Positions 35,201 to 46,746 of a stretch of 64,000 bases of DNA are shown here, one piece after another. The position numbers were made by a program, and so were the translations under genes. The notes beneath the pieces are model-generated. The model was not told the origin of the DNA and ran no database searches. It was given only the letters and a program-made list of their open reading frames with translations. How positions within the stretch are numbered: position 1 is the stretch's first letter; every line of letters starts with the position of its first letter. This DNA is from Macrostomum lignano (Eukaryota), in assembly GCA_002269645.1 (NCBI GenBank), contig NIVC01001257.1, positions 263,613 through 327,612 of the forward strand, read 5' to 3'.

Positions 35201-38200
35201 ACCAAGAGACAGGGGCGCCCACCAAGAGACAGGGGCGCTGACCAAGAGACAATGGCGCTGACCAAGAGACAATGACGCTGACCAAGAGACAGGGGCGCCC
35301 ACCAAGAGACAGGGGCGCCCACCAAGAGACAGGGGCGCCCACCAAGAGACAATGGCGCTGACCAAGAGACAGGGGCGCCCACCAAGAGACAGGGGCGCCC
35401 ACCAAGAGACAGGGGCGCTGACCAAGAGACAGGGGCGCCCACCAAGAGACAAGGGCGCTGACCGAGAGACAGGGGCGCTGACCAAGAGACAGGGGCGCTG
35501 ACCGAGAGACAGGGGCGCTGACCAAGAGACAGGGGCGCCCACCAAGAGACAGGGGCGCTGACCAAGAGACAGGGGCGCCCACCAAGAGACAGGGGCGCGC
35601 ACTAAGAGACAGGGACGCCCACCAAGAGACAGGGGCGCTGACCGAGAGACAGGGGCGCTGACCAAGAGACAGGGGCGCTGACCGAGAGACAGGGGCGCTG
35701 ACCAAGAGACAGGGGCGCCCACCAAGAGACAGGGGCGCCCACCAAGAGACAATGGCGCTGACCAAGAGACAGGGGCGCCCACCAAGAGACAGGGGCGCCC
35801 ACCAAGAGACAGGGGCGCCCACCAAGAGACAGGGGCGCTGACCGAGAGACAGGGGCGCTGACCAAGAGACAGGGGCGCTGACCGAGAGACAGGGGCGCTG
35901 ACCAAGAGACAGGGGCGCCCACCAAGAGACAGGGGCGCCCACCAAGAGACAGGGGCGCCCACCAAGAGACAGGGGCGCTGACCAAGAGACAGGGGCGCTG
36001 ACCAAGAGACAGGGGCGCCCACCAAGAGACAGGGGCGCTGACCGAGAGACAGGGGCGCTGACCAAGAGACAGGGGCGCTGACCGAGAGACAGGGGCGCTG
36101 ACCAAGAGACAGGGGCGCCCACCAAGAGACAGGGGCGCCCACCAAGAGACAATGGCGCTGACCAAGAGACAGGGGCGCCCACCAAGAGACAATGGCGCTG
36201 ACCAAGAGACAGGGGCGCCCACCAAGAGACAATGGCGCTGACCAAGAGACAGGGGCGCCCACCAAGAGACAATGGCGCTGACCAAGAGACAGGGGCGCTG
36301 ACCAAGAGACAGGGGCGCCCACCAAGAGACAATGGCGCTGACCAAGAGACAGGGGCGCCCACCAAGAGACAGGGGCGCCCACCAAGAGACAATGGCGCTG
36401 ACCAAGAGACAGGGGCGCCCACCAAGAGACAGGGGCGCCCACCAAGAGACAGGGGCGCTGACCAAGAGACAGGGGCGCCCACCAAGAGACAAGGGCGCTG
36501 ACCGAGAGACAGGGGCGCTGACCAAGAGACAGGGGCGCTGACCGAGAGACAGGGGCGCTGACCAAGAGACAGGGGCGCCCACCAAGAGACAGGGGCGCTG
36601 ACCAAGAGACAGGGGCGCCCACCAAGAGACAGGGGCGCGCACTAAGAGACAGGGACGCCCACCAAGAGACAGGGGCGCTGACCGAGAGACAGGGGCGCTG
36701 ACCAAGAGACAGGGGCGCTGACCGAGAGACAGGGGCGCTGACCAAGAGACAGGGGCGCCCACCAAGAGACAGGGGCGCCCACCAAGAGACAGGGGCGCTG
36801 ACCGAGAGACAGGGGCGCTGACCAAGAGACAGGGGCGCTGACCGAGAGACAGGGGCGCTGACCAAGAGACAGGGGCGCTGACCAAGAGACAGGGGCGCCC
36901 ACCAAGAGACAGGGGCGCCCACCAAGAGACAGGGGCGCTGACCAAGAGACAGGGGCGCTGACCAAGAGACAGGGGCGCCCACCAAGAGACAGGGGCGCTG
37001 ACCGAGAGACAGGGGCGCTGACCAAGAGACAGGGGCGCTGACCGAGAGACAGGGGCGCTGACCAAGAGACAGGGGCGCCCACCAAGAGACAGGGGCGCCC
37101 ACCAAGAGACAATGGCGCTGACCAAGAGACAGGGGCGCCCACCAAGAGACAATGGCGCTGACCAAGAGACAGGGGCGCCCACCAAGAGACAATGGCGCTG
37201 ACCAAGAGACAGGGGCGCCCACCAAGAGACAGGGGCGCCCACCAAGAGACAGGGGCGCTGACCGAGAGACAGGGGCGCTGACCAAGAGACAGGGGCGCTG
37301 ACCGAGAGACAGGGGCGCCCACCAAGAGACAGGGGCGCCCACCAAGAGACAGGGGCGCCCACCAAGAGACAGGGGCGCCCACCAAGAGACAGGGGCGCCC
37401 ACCAAGAGACAGGGGCGCTGACCAAGAGACAGGGGCGCCCACCAAGAGACAGGGGCGCTGACCGAGAGACAGGGGCGCTGACTAAGAGACAGGGGCGCTG
37501 ACCGAGAGACAGGGGCGCTGACCAAGAGACAATGGCGCTGACCAAGAGACAGGGGCGCCCACCAAGAGACAATGGCGCTGACCAAGAGACAGGGGCGCCC
37601 ACCAAGAGACAGGGGCGCGCACTAAGAGACAGGGGCGCCCACCAAGAGACAGGGGCGCCCACCAAGAGACAGGGGCGCGCACTAAGAGACAGGGGCGCCC
37701 ACCAAGAGACAGGGGCGCTGACCAAGAGACAAGGGCGCTGACCAAGAGACAGGGGCGCCCACCAAGAGACAGGGGCGCTGACCAAGAGACAGGGGCGCTG
37801 ACCAAGAGACAGGGGCGCTGACCGAGAGACAGGGGCGCTGACCAAGAGACAGGGGCGCCCACCAAGAGACAGGGGCGCTGACCGAGAGACAGGGGCGCTG
37901 ACCGAGAGACAGGGGCGCTGACCAAGAGACAGGGGCGCCCACCAAGAGACAGGGGCGCTGACCGAGAGACAGGGGCGCTGACCAAGAGACAGGGGCGCCC
38001 ACCAAGAGACAGGGGCGCTGACCAAGAGACAGGGGCGCCCACCAAGAGACAAGGGCGCTGACCGAGAGACAGGGGCGCTGACCAAGAGACAGGGGCGCTG
38101 ACCGAGAGACAGGGGCGCTGACCAAGAGACAGGGGCGCCCACCAAGAGACAGGGGCGCCCACCAAGAGACAATGGCGCTGACCAAGAGACAGGGGCGCTG

Positions 38201-38972
38201 ACCAAGAGACAGGGGCGCTGACCGAGAGACAGGGGCGCTGACCAAGAGACAGGGGCGCCCACCAAGAGACAGGGGCGCCCACCAAGAGACAGGGGCGCCC
38301 ACCAAGAGACAGGGGCGCCCACCAAGAGACAGGGGCGCTGACCGAGAGACAGGGGCGCTGACCAAGAGACAGGGGCGCTGACCGAGAGACAGGGGCGCTG
38401 ACCAAGAGACAGGGGCGCCCACCAAGAGACAGGGGCGCCCACCAAGAGACAGGGGCGCCCACCAAGAGACAGGGGCGCCCACCAAGAGACAGGGGCGCTG
38501 ACCGAGAGACAGGGGCGCTGACCAAGAGACAGGGGCGCTGACCGAGAGACAGGGGCGCTGACCAAGAGACAGGGGCGCTGACCGAGAGACAGGGGCGCTG
38601 ACCAAGAGACAGGGGCGCCCACCAAGAGACAGGGGCGCCCACCAAGAGACAGGGGCGCCCACCAAGAGACAGGGGCGCCCACCAAGAGACAGGGGCGCTG
38701 ACCGAGAGACAGGGGCGCTGACCAAGAGACAGGGGCGCTGACCGAGAGACAGGGGCGCTGACCAAGAGACAGGGGCGCCCACCAAGAGACAGGGGCGCCC
38801 ACCAAGAGACAGGGGCGCCCACCAAGAGACAGGGGCGCCCACCAAGAGACAATGGCGCTGACCAAGAGACAGGGGCGCTGACCGAGAGACAGGGGCGCTG
38901 ACCAAGAGACAGGGGCGCCCACCAAGAGACAGGGGCGCCCACCAAGAGACAGGAACGCCCACCAAGAGACGC
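32284..38972. repeat. 20-bp satellite, left arm, about 334 units, almost perfectly phased
   Basis: Unit ACC(A/G)AGAGACA(GG/AT)GGCGC(TG/CC); block duplications at offsets 2520 and 3480. Confidence 0.99.
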
Positions 38973-40307
38973 TGCATAATGCGGAGTTGCTGCACACTGC
39001 GTGGTTGACGAAATAGCCGCTACGAGCCTGGAACAGACTCGTTGAATTTTAGTCTAAGCTTGCTCACTTAGAGCGCCTACCAATAAACTGCCGCCTGCTA
39101 ACTATTGGATTCCCAGGGGCTCCACTTGTGATAAATAGGCAATTAGATAATAGCATGCACGGTGAGCAATTATTTAGGCCCTAGACAAACCTACTTGGAG
39201 CGTTTGGAGATTTTAAAGCTATTAATCCTAATCGCCTATCGCCGGTCGGCGAGTTCTACCAGTCTTCTCCAATAGCCGCAGGTACAGTACAAGAAAATAA
39301 AGAACACGAGGAAACACAAACCGAAAGATTTAGAGAGTGATAATCCTATTTCAAGAATAACTAACTTGATTGACGGTTTAATTTGATTAGCTGAGTTACA
39401 AGATTTAGACAAACGACGCAGATAACTAGAGTTGACAAAACGACAATAACGGTTAATAAATAATGATTATATACGCACTGACAAGCGGATCTCAGCTGAA
39501 GAAGAAGGAGGAGGCACCGAACACAGGACCACGGAGAAGACTCCTAACCCCTGGCCTAAACCAGAACCTACTCTCAAACGAGAGCCCTGCCGAACCGACC
39601 GTTCAACGGAGTACCGACTAAGTTCTATCGGCACTGCCCTTCAGTGTAACACTGGGCCCTCGGGGTCGAGGCCGCGTACTTGATCAGATCCGACAGTCTC
39701 TATCTAACCGCGCTTGATAGCGACGACTTCAGACAGGAATGCCGTAGACGTTACGCCACAAGACTACTGCGGTTGGGCGGGAACAAAGATATGGACCGGG
39801 GGTGATGAAATCAAAACGCCTCAAAGCGCGAACCAACAAGGGAAGGAAAAGTCGGGCCACCGGCCGGGAACTGGACAAGACAAAACCGGGGAAAGGAGAG
39901 AGAAGGAAAAAAAGTGAGATCCGATTGCCAAACACACTTTCATATATAGTCAGAGTCACAACCCCTCAAAACCCCCTCAAGCCGGGTGGTGGTCGTCTGG
40001 CCGGCCGCTCGCTTAAGCCGAATTGCACTGTGCCCGCGGCGCCGGGTAGAACTGAAACTTGCCGCGTGCCAGGGTCCAGGCCGGTTCTGATTGGCTGGCC
40101 GCGCAAAGCTGGGGTTCGCAGACAAAACTCAACCCTCCGCTGAGTCACAGATGGCGTCTGATTTCTAACCTGTTTACGCAAAATTGATTCCAACTAACAA
40201 GGAAAAAGTACACCAAAAACGTATGACTAAACTAAAGCAAAATAATAATTCAATAACAATATAGAAACTAATGCAGTCAATTTACACGCAAAGATGCTCA
40301 CACTACA
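38973..40307 (-). repeat. 3' LTR
   Basis: Direct repeat of 48301-49632; three substitutions and one 1-bp indel noticed, plus 4 extra terminal bases (TGCA). Confidence 0.95.
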
Positions 40308-40324
40308 CTCCCCCCTCCTAAAAG
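40308..40324 (-). promoter_or_regulatory. Polypurine tract (plus-strand primer)
   Basis: Minus strand CTTTTAGGAGGGGGGAG abuts the LTR start TGTAGTG. Confidence 0.9.
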
Positions 40325-41055
40325 AAATAGAGTACAAAAGAAAACTTGAAAAATTCGAAATACGCGTAACATACTACTTTCAGTAAGCAAATGAGTACTA
40401 TATAACGAAATTCGCGTTTACGGGAACCAAAATTCGCAAAACAAGCAATGTTACAACGAGAATAACTATAGCAACAGAAGAAGAAAAACGCAAATGGGAA
40501 CACAACGTAATTCACTATGCAAAACATGACGCGACAATGAAACGCAAACAAGAACACAAATACAATTCTATGACACGGCAAAAACGCAATCAAATACATA
40601 AGCAAAGCTACTATTCAATACGCGACACGACAAAACACAAGCAAATCAATAAATAAATCGAAACAAATCGCGACGGAACGCAACGTTTGCACAAACTATG
40701 GCACGACTTCCTACAATCGAAAACTTAAAGCAAAACGCATGCTACCCATCACCAAGAACAAATAACGCGTTGACGCATTTTACACAATTTTACAGAAGTC
40801 AATTAAATTACACATTTTCGACATGCCAAGATCAACCTTATCGGCTGGCAAAATTTTATTACTCGCTGATTTAATTATCCGCACCTCCCCCCTCCTAAAA
40901 GGTAGGGTGGGCGCCACGACCCCCACTGTCACCACAGCGGAATTCTTATCGCAATATTCCACGACGCTTATCTCTATCGGGTGCCCCGACGATAATTTAA
41001 TTCACGCCCACGCTCCCGTGGCGTTCCATCCACTCAGCGAAGTCTATCGCCCAAT

Positions 41056-41387
41056 GGCTGCAGTTTTCTGTCGTGCCCAGGACAAAACTATAAATTCACC
41101 CGACCGGGCTCCTTTCTCGCACTTCATTCTTCTTTTGGTAATTTCTCTTCCTACGGCTGCAGTTTAACGTCTTTAGTTGATTTCTTCCCTAGTGGTTGCA
41201 GTTTAACGTCATGCCCATGACGTTTTTTTTTCGATTTCTGTCCTAACGGTTGCAGTTTTACGTCGTGCCCAGGACGCATCATTAGTTAGTTTCTCTCCTA
41301 GCGGTTGCAGTTTAACGTCGTGCCCAGGACGCCGGCTCTAGTGAACTTCCTTTCCAGCGGCTGCAGTTTAACGTCGTGCCCAGGACG
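41056..41387. repeat. Six copies of a ~29-nt motif in the retrotransposon 3' non-coding region
   Basis: GG(C/T)TGCAGTTTAACGTCGTGCCCAGGACG starting at 41056, 41155, 41194 , 41248, 41303 and 41359; the copy at 41155 is truncated. Confidence 0.85.
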
Positions 41388-41972
41388 CTTCAGACATTTC
41401 TAGCTGCAACATGTGACATGTCGGTTAGCTGTAAGTTAGAATTATTTTTGCGTCAAGCAGTTTTCTGACTCAAGCAATTTGAATAATATTTTTGTGTTGT
41501 TTTTATGATGCTTTTACAATTTTTATGTTATTATCAAATATTCACGCATGTCAGTTCTACTGCAAGACTGTTTTTTAATAATTTTTCGTGTAATATTTAT
41601 TCCTTACTAATTTTCTGATAATAATATTTCCGATGGAACCGCAGACGACTTCAATCTGGGCTCAATTCAATTTCTATTTCTATTTGCAACTTCCAATCGT
41701 TTCATATCTTCTATGGTCGTCTATGGTATTTCTCTTTCATTAGCGTCCTGGAATCTACCAGGTGTGGCAGCTCGAGCAGTTAGTCTTCAACTCCTGCAAC
41801 TGCAGTGTCAACATCAGCACTTGCAAGTCTTTATTATTTTTTCTATTGACTATTTTTCTCTGGTTCCATTTTTGCGTTCTACAATTTTCTCGCGTATGTC
41901 TCGACAAGTTACTATTAGTAATACAATTGAAATTTTCGTCTCGACAGTGCCTTTCGTTTCTATAGACTCCAT

Positions 41973-44900
41973 TCAATGATAACCGTATCGTTCCGGGGGT
42001 CTAATCGCCGCGCGGTTCCGCAGCCGCGGTATCCAGCTAACATTATTCATGCCTGCCCGCTGCGGGGGCGTACTGTGCACTGGGCTCAGATGCATTAAAT
42101 TCGGTGGAGTGCGCACAGGAATCTGCCTGGCCTGAGACCCCGCAGGACTCGCCTGCGCCTGTTGGTTTGCATTGGCCGCTGTCTGAGTATTTTCCACTGT
42201 TCTATCTATATTACTTCCAGTAGCTTCGTGAGCTCTCTCACGTTGCAAAAATCTAATTCTCTCTGGTCTCTGAATCTCCACTTGGACTCTTTCTGACTCC
42301 TCCGAGCCGTCATCACTAGCACTTCCAGCTTCCTCTTCTCGATATTGACGCAACTTTTCTTCTGACAAGTAGCAGGGCTTTGTTCTGTCTACTGTCACTA
42401 CGTCATGAATTCTGACGGGTTGCTCTATTCGGTCAACCTTTGGACCGGGTTCAATTTTTAAATTTTTTCCATTATTTCTTACTTCAAGCACTCGATACGG
42501 ACCTACCCACTTCCTATTCGTATCATAACAATTCTGCGTATTCGCTATCCAGACCAGGTCACCTGGCTGATAATACTGCTGGAATACTTTCGTGTCATAA
42601 TTAGATTTCTGCCGCCTGACTGATATTTGCTGCTTTTCTCTGGCGATTCTATACGATTCCATGCACTTCTTATACAGATCATGTAAATGCTTATCACGGG
42701 TCTTGCGCTCCGGCGAAGGCAATCCAAGCTCAGCATCAACCGGTAGCCGCATCTTTCGACCATAGACTAATTCGAACGGACTAAATTTATTGCTTTCACT
42801 GACCGTGCTTCGCTGAACCATCAAAGCGTGCGGAAGCACCTCATCCCATGCCAAACTGAGTTCACTCTGAGCTAATCTGATTCCATCTTTCACTACTCTG
42901 ACCATACGCTCGCAGCGACCGTTTGCCTGCGGATGGTAGCTAGTAGTATGGCGTAAATCTATTCGGAAATTTTCGGTTAACGATTTCACTAATTCTGCAG
43001 TAAACGATGTACCTCTGTCTGATATGAATGCTTCAGGGGCACCATGCCGAGTGATCCACTCTGTGTACAGGGCCCAAGCTGTACTTTCAGCTGTACAATC
43101 TCTAAGCGCTTTTACCTCTAGCCAACCCGTAAAGTGATCAACCATCAGCAGGAGGTACTTGTTCCCCCGTGCTGTGGCGTTAAACGGACCGGCGAAATCT
43201 ATATGTACTTTCTCGCCCATGTAACTGCTGACTTCTGGTTCTAAGGGCGCTCGTGGCTTCGGCCCGTATTTCTTTCTTGTCTGGCACTCAGTACAAGTCT
43301 TAATATATCTATCTAAGTTCGTTGAATAGTTTGGCCACCAAAATCTCTGTCGAATCAAATCTTTTGTCTTTGAAATACCGCCGTGGGCCATTTGATCGTG
43401 GTAAGCTCGAAACAACTGCTGCTCCAGGGCTTGGTTTTCCGGCAGTACAGTCTGCTCAAATTTTCGGCCTTCGGAATCTATCCAATTCCTGTAAATTATG
43501 TCATTTTTCACTAATAGCTGCTCATAATCGCTAAATAAAGACTTATAACTGCGGCTCATTCCAACCCATTCATTCTTGGGGACAGGGCTCTCCCTGTCTG
43601 AGCTTTTGCTTGAGCAGCAGCAACTCTGGCTGGCTCTCCTGCAGTTCTACAATTCCTGCTGGCGTATCGATATTAATTGCACCGCAGTGGACTGTTGCTG
43701 TCTTCGTCGCACTGCAAGTGGGGCATTCCTCATGGTAGCGTTTCGGGGGACCATCCCGCTGAGGTCTGCGACTCAGGGCGTCTGCGTTACCATGGGCAAT
43801 CCCTTGGCGGTACTGAATTGCAAAGTCATATTCTTCCATTCTCGAGATTACTTCAAATTGATCAAACTGCTCAAGAATCATATTCCATCTGCCTAGCATG
43901 CCTTTTGCACCGTGGCACTTGCGTAGCCATTGGAGGGCCGCGTGGTCTGTCCTGACCTTGAAACGACGGCCGACCAGATAAGGCCGGTAATGTTCTAAGA
44001 AATATATCAGCGCAAACATTTCCTTCATCGTAGTGCAGTAATTCAACTGATGCTCATTCAACGGATGCGAAGCATAGGCTATCACTTTTTCTTCACCATC
44101 TTGCTCTTGTAATAAATTTCCACCTATAGCTACGTCACAGGCGTCGACATCGAGGATGAACGGTCCCGCGTCGCTATCGAACCTGGGGTAGCTCAGCACA
44201 GGTGCGCTTACTAACTTCTGCTTTAATAGATCAAATGCCTTCTGGCAACTGTCATCCCACTTATACTTGACATCTTTTCTAGTTAAATTATTCAAGGGCT
44301 CACTTATTCGCGCAAAGTCTTTAATAAATCTGCGATAGTAGCCGGCTAAGCCTAAGAATCCGCGCAGCTCAGAGATATTCTCTGGCCGGGGCCATGTCTG
44401 GACTTTTTCTATCTTATCTTTGCTGGTATAGATACCGTGCTGGCAGACGGTGTGCCCTAGGAAGGTGACTTCTTTCCGAAACAGAAAGGTCTTCTCTGGC
44501 TTGATTTTCATTCCAGCATCTGCTAATCGAGAGAAAATTAATTCTAAATTACTAGCATTTCTTCGAAATTCTTGCCTGTGCAAATTACATCATCTAGGTA
44601 GAGTAAGGCAAACTTATAAGCGTAATCGCCTAAGATCTTCTGCATTATGCGCTGAAAGCAAGCGGGTCCATTCGTGACTCCGAAAGGCAAAACTTTCCAC
44701 TGGAACAGGCCATCATGGGTTCGAAACGCTAATTTCTCGCGGTCAGTCTCTCTGACCTTCACTGACCAATAAGCGCCGACCATGTCTAGGGTGCTAAAGT
44801 ACATGTTGCCTGCCAGGGATTCCAGCGATTCTTGAATTAGCGGTAACGGAAAACTGTCCTTCTTAGTCTTATTATTTAACTGTCTGAAATCACAGCAAAA

Positions 44901-46746
44901 TCTGAATTCTCCGGACTTCTTCCGGCGAGAACTATAGGGCAACTCCACTCAGATTCTGAGGGCTCAATCAAATCGTGCTCTAACAGCTGCTGCACATGCC
45001 GCTAACAAATTCTCGTTGCTCAGGGCTTTGCTTGCGCAGGGAATTCTGACTGGATTTCATCGGTAGTCTCGATCTTGAATTCGCCCATCTGGGTCTTGCC
45101 GATATCCCACTGATCCTTCGAAACTATATTTTGATAACGGTGTAATAATTCAATTACTTTTCTCTTCTGAGCCTCACTTAAATCGGTCTCGTTTAAGCGG
45201 AATTGCTTCCTAATTCTTTCTGCTTCTTGCATCGTGACTGCTGCCTTCGATTGCTTTTGCGCACCTACTTCTAAATCAGTTTCTGACATAGCGAAAAGTT
45301 CTACTTCTTCCTTCATCGGTTGATACTGCGCAACTACCTCATCCTTATGAATTGTCTGTGCCTCTTCTGTCAGGTTCATTAATCTAACGTAAGTTTCGCC
45401 GAATTCGTCTAATCTAGTAATAGCTTTAGCTACTAATGGCTCATCTTTCTCGCTAATTTGACTGCGGCCTGAAATGAAGCCGAGTTCTGCAGTTTCTGGA
45501 GTATCTTTACATTTAGCCTTGACATAAATTTCGCTCATCGGTGCTATAGATACTTTCTTGACTACTTGCAGTAGGACGCAACGCGTTTCATCACTCGTTG
45601 TTACAAGCGGAATTCTGCGATCACTAAATTCTAAGGATTTTCCTGCTATATCTAATTTAATTTTATGCCTAGTTAACAAGTCGATGCCTATTATTGATGA
45701 TGTTAGTAAGCCTTCAGCAACATAGAATGGGTGCGTAATCTCGCAGTCCCCGAATCTAACGCGCAATGCTACTTGGCCTAATAAATTTGAAGTCTGGCCA
45801 TTGCGGATCGCATATTTACAGAGCATGGCTTCAGACTATGATTTGCCGGATAGAGGCGCTGATATAATTTATTATCAATTAGGCAATTCGAGGCGCCGGT
45901 GTCAACTAATATTTTTTCGCTTAATCCGTTAATCTGGCTATCGAGGAATAATCCTGAATTCACTAATTGGCTAGATATGTCTGCTTCTACGGTCTTCTCT
46001 CGCTTCTCTGTTGCTTTCTTTTCAGCTGCCACATCTCGCTGGATGGCTGTCTCTAACTTCCTTAATTCTTGCTTCATTTCCCTAAGTTCAGCTCTAAGTT
46101 CTGTTGTCGTTGCACTACTGTCTAATACTACTTTCGCTGGCTCTTCTTGGACTTTTCCTACCAAGCATTGGCGTAAGTCCTTCAGTTCGGTTCTAAGTTC
46201 TGACAATTCTTTTACTACTTTCGGTTCGTCTGATGAAGCTTTCTTGCCTTCCACCTCACTGAGTCTCAAGTCTATGCTATTCAATGCGCTTCTCTGAGCT
46301 GCCGCAGCTTCGCTTCGCTTCTCTAATTCTTCTTTCAATTGCTCTGACTGTCTAGCTAAGCTCGCTGACTTCTGTTTGTTAATTTCTGCTAATCTGCGTT
46401 CCTCGCTTGAGCAAATTTTAACATTGACCGCTCTCTGTTTCCTACTATGAGTAGTATCGTTAGTGCGAATAAATTTTACTGTCGCCCTCTGGCGCAGAAA
46501 ATGCATAATTTCGTAATCAGTTGCTATATTAGTATTAGTCACATGAAAGAAAATATCTCTATTATTGCTATCTCGCAGGAATCCGTAGCCTCTGTAATAA
46601 TTATACCAAACTAAATTTCCATATTCTACATTGACTGAGCTGTCTTGCTGGTCCTCTACTGCTGCAGCTCTTCTATTGGGAGTGAATCGGTTTAGTGGCT
46701 GGGGGCGGTTGGCCCTCCCTTGGTGCCGCCCCGTCGGTAGTTTAAA
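41973..46746 (-). CDS. pol: Pol polyprotein: cold-shock domain - coiled coil - aspartic protease - RT - RNase H - integrase. Broken by single-base frameshifts as assembled.
   Basis: LVDTGAS (DTG at 45903-45895), LPFG and YLDD (RT), LDVDA/TDH (RNase H), HHCC zinc finger, IDF..SDRG..CER (DDE) and GPY. Frame changes near 45802, between 45052 and 44925 (probably four), 44553 and 43579. Confidence 0.93.
46411..46626 (-). other. Cold-shock domain (CSD, OB-fold) at the N-terminus of the pol frame
   Basis: Manual translation EYGNLVWYNYYRGYGFLRDSNNRDIFFHVTNTNIATDYEIMHFLRQRATVKFIRTNDTTHSRKQRAVNVKIC aligns to the CspA/Y-box pattern G.VKWFN..KGFGFI......DVFVH......L..G..V.F........A.NV. Confidence 0.8.
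46678..46746 (-). promoter_or_regulatory. -1 programmed ribosomal frameshift signal between gag and pol
   Basis: T TTA AAC at 46746-46740 in gag phase, 7-nt spacer, then a perfect GGGGCGG/CCGCCCC stem. The -1 frame is open from 46755 through the protease active site. Confidence 0.85.

Noticed and set aside
32284-38972. CRISPR-like regular repeat
   Set aside because: Head-to-tail units without unique spacers, no cas genes, eukaryotic context.
38969-38976. Perfect target-site duplication using CGCTG on both sides of the element
   Set aside because: It would need LTR termini without TG...CA. The TGCA boundary with an imperfect ACGC/GCGC duplication is more parsimonious.
39714-40193. ORFs within the LTRs (also 49039-49518)
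   Set aside because: Duplicated only because the LTR is; short, overlapping on both strands, no recognisable domain.
41056-41387. CRISPR array (conserved repeats with variable spacers)
   Set aside because: The spacers share a TTCT.TCCTA remnant, so they derive from the repeat unit. The array is inside a retrotransposon and no cas genes are present.
40318-41979. env-like or extra ORF in the retrotransposon 3' region (40823-41167, 40318-40605, 41713-41979)
   Set aside because: Short, low-complexity or antisense; no signal peptide, furin site or TM-anchor architecture.
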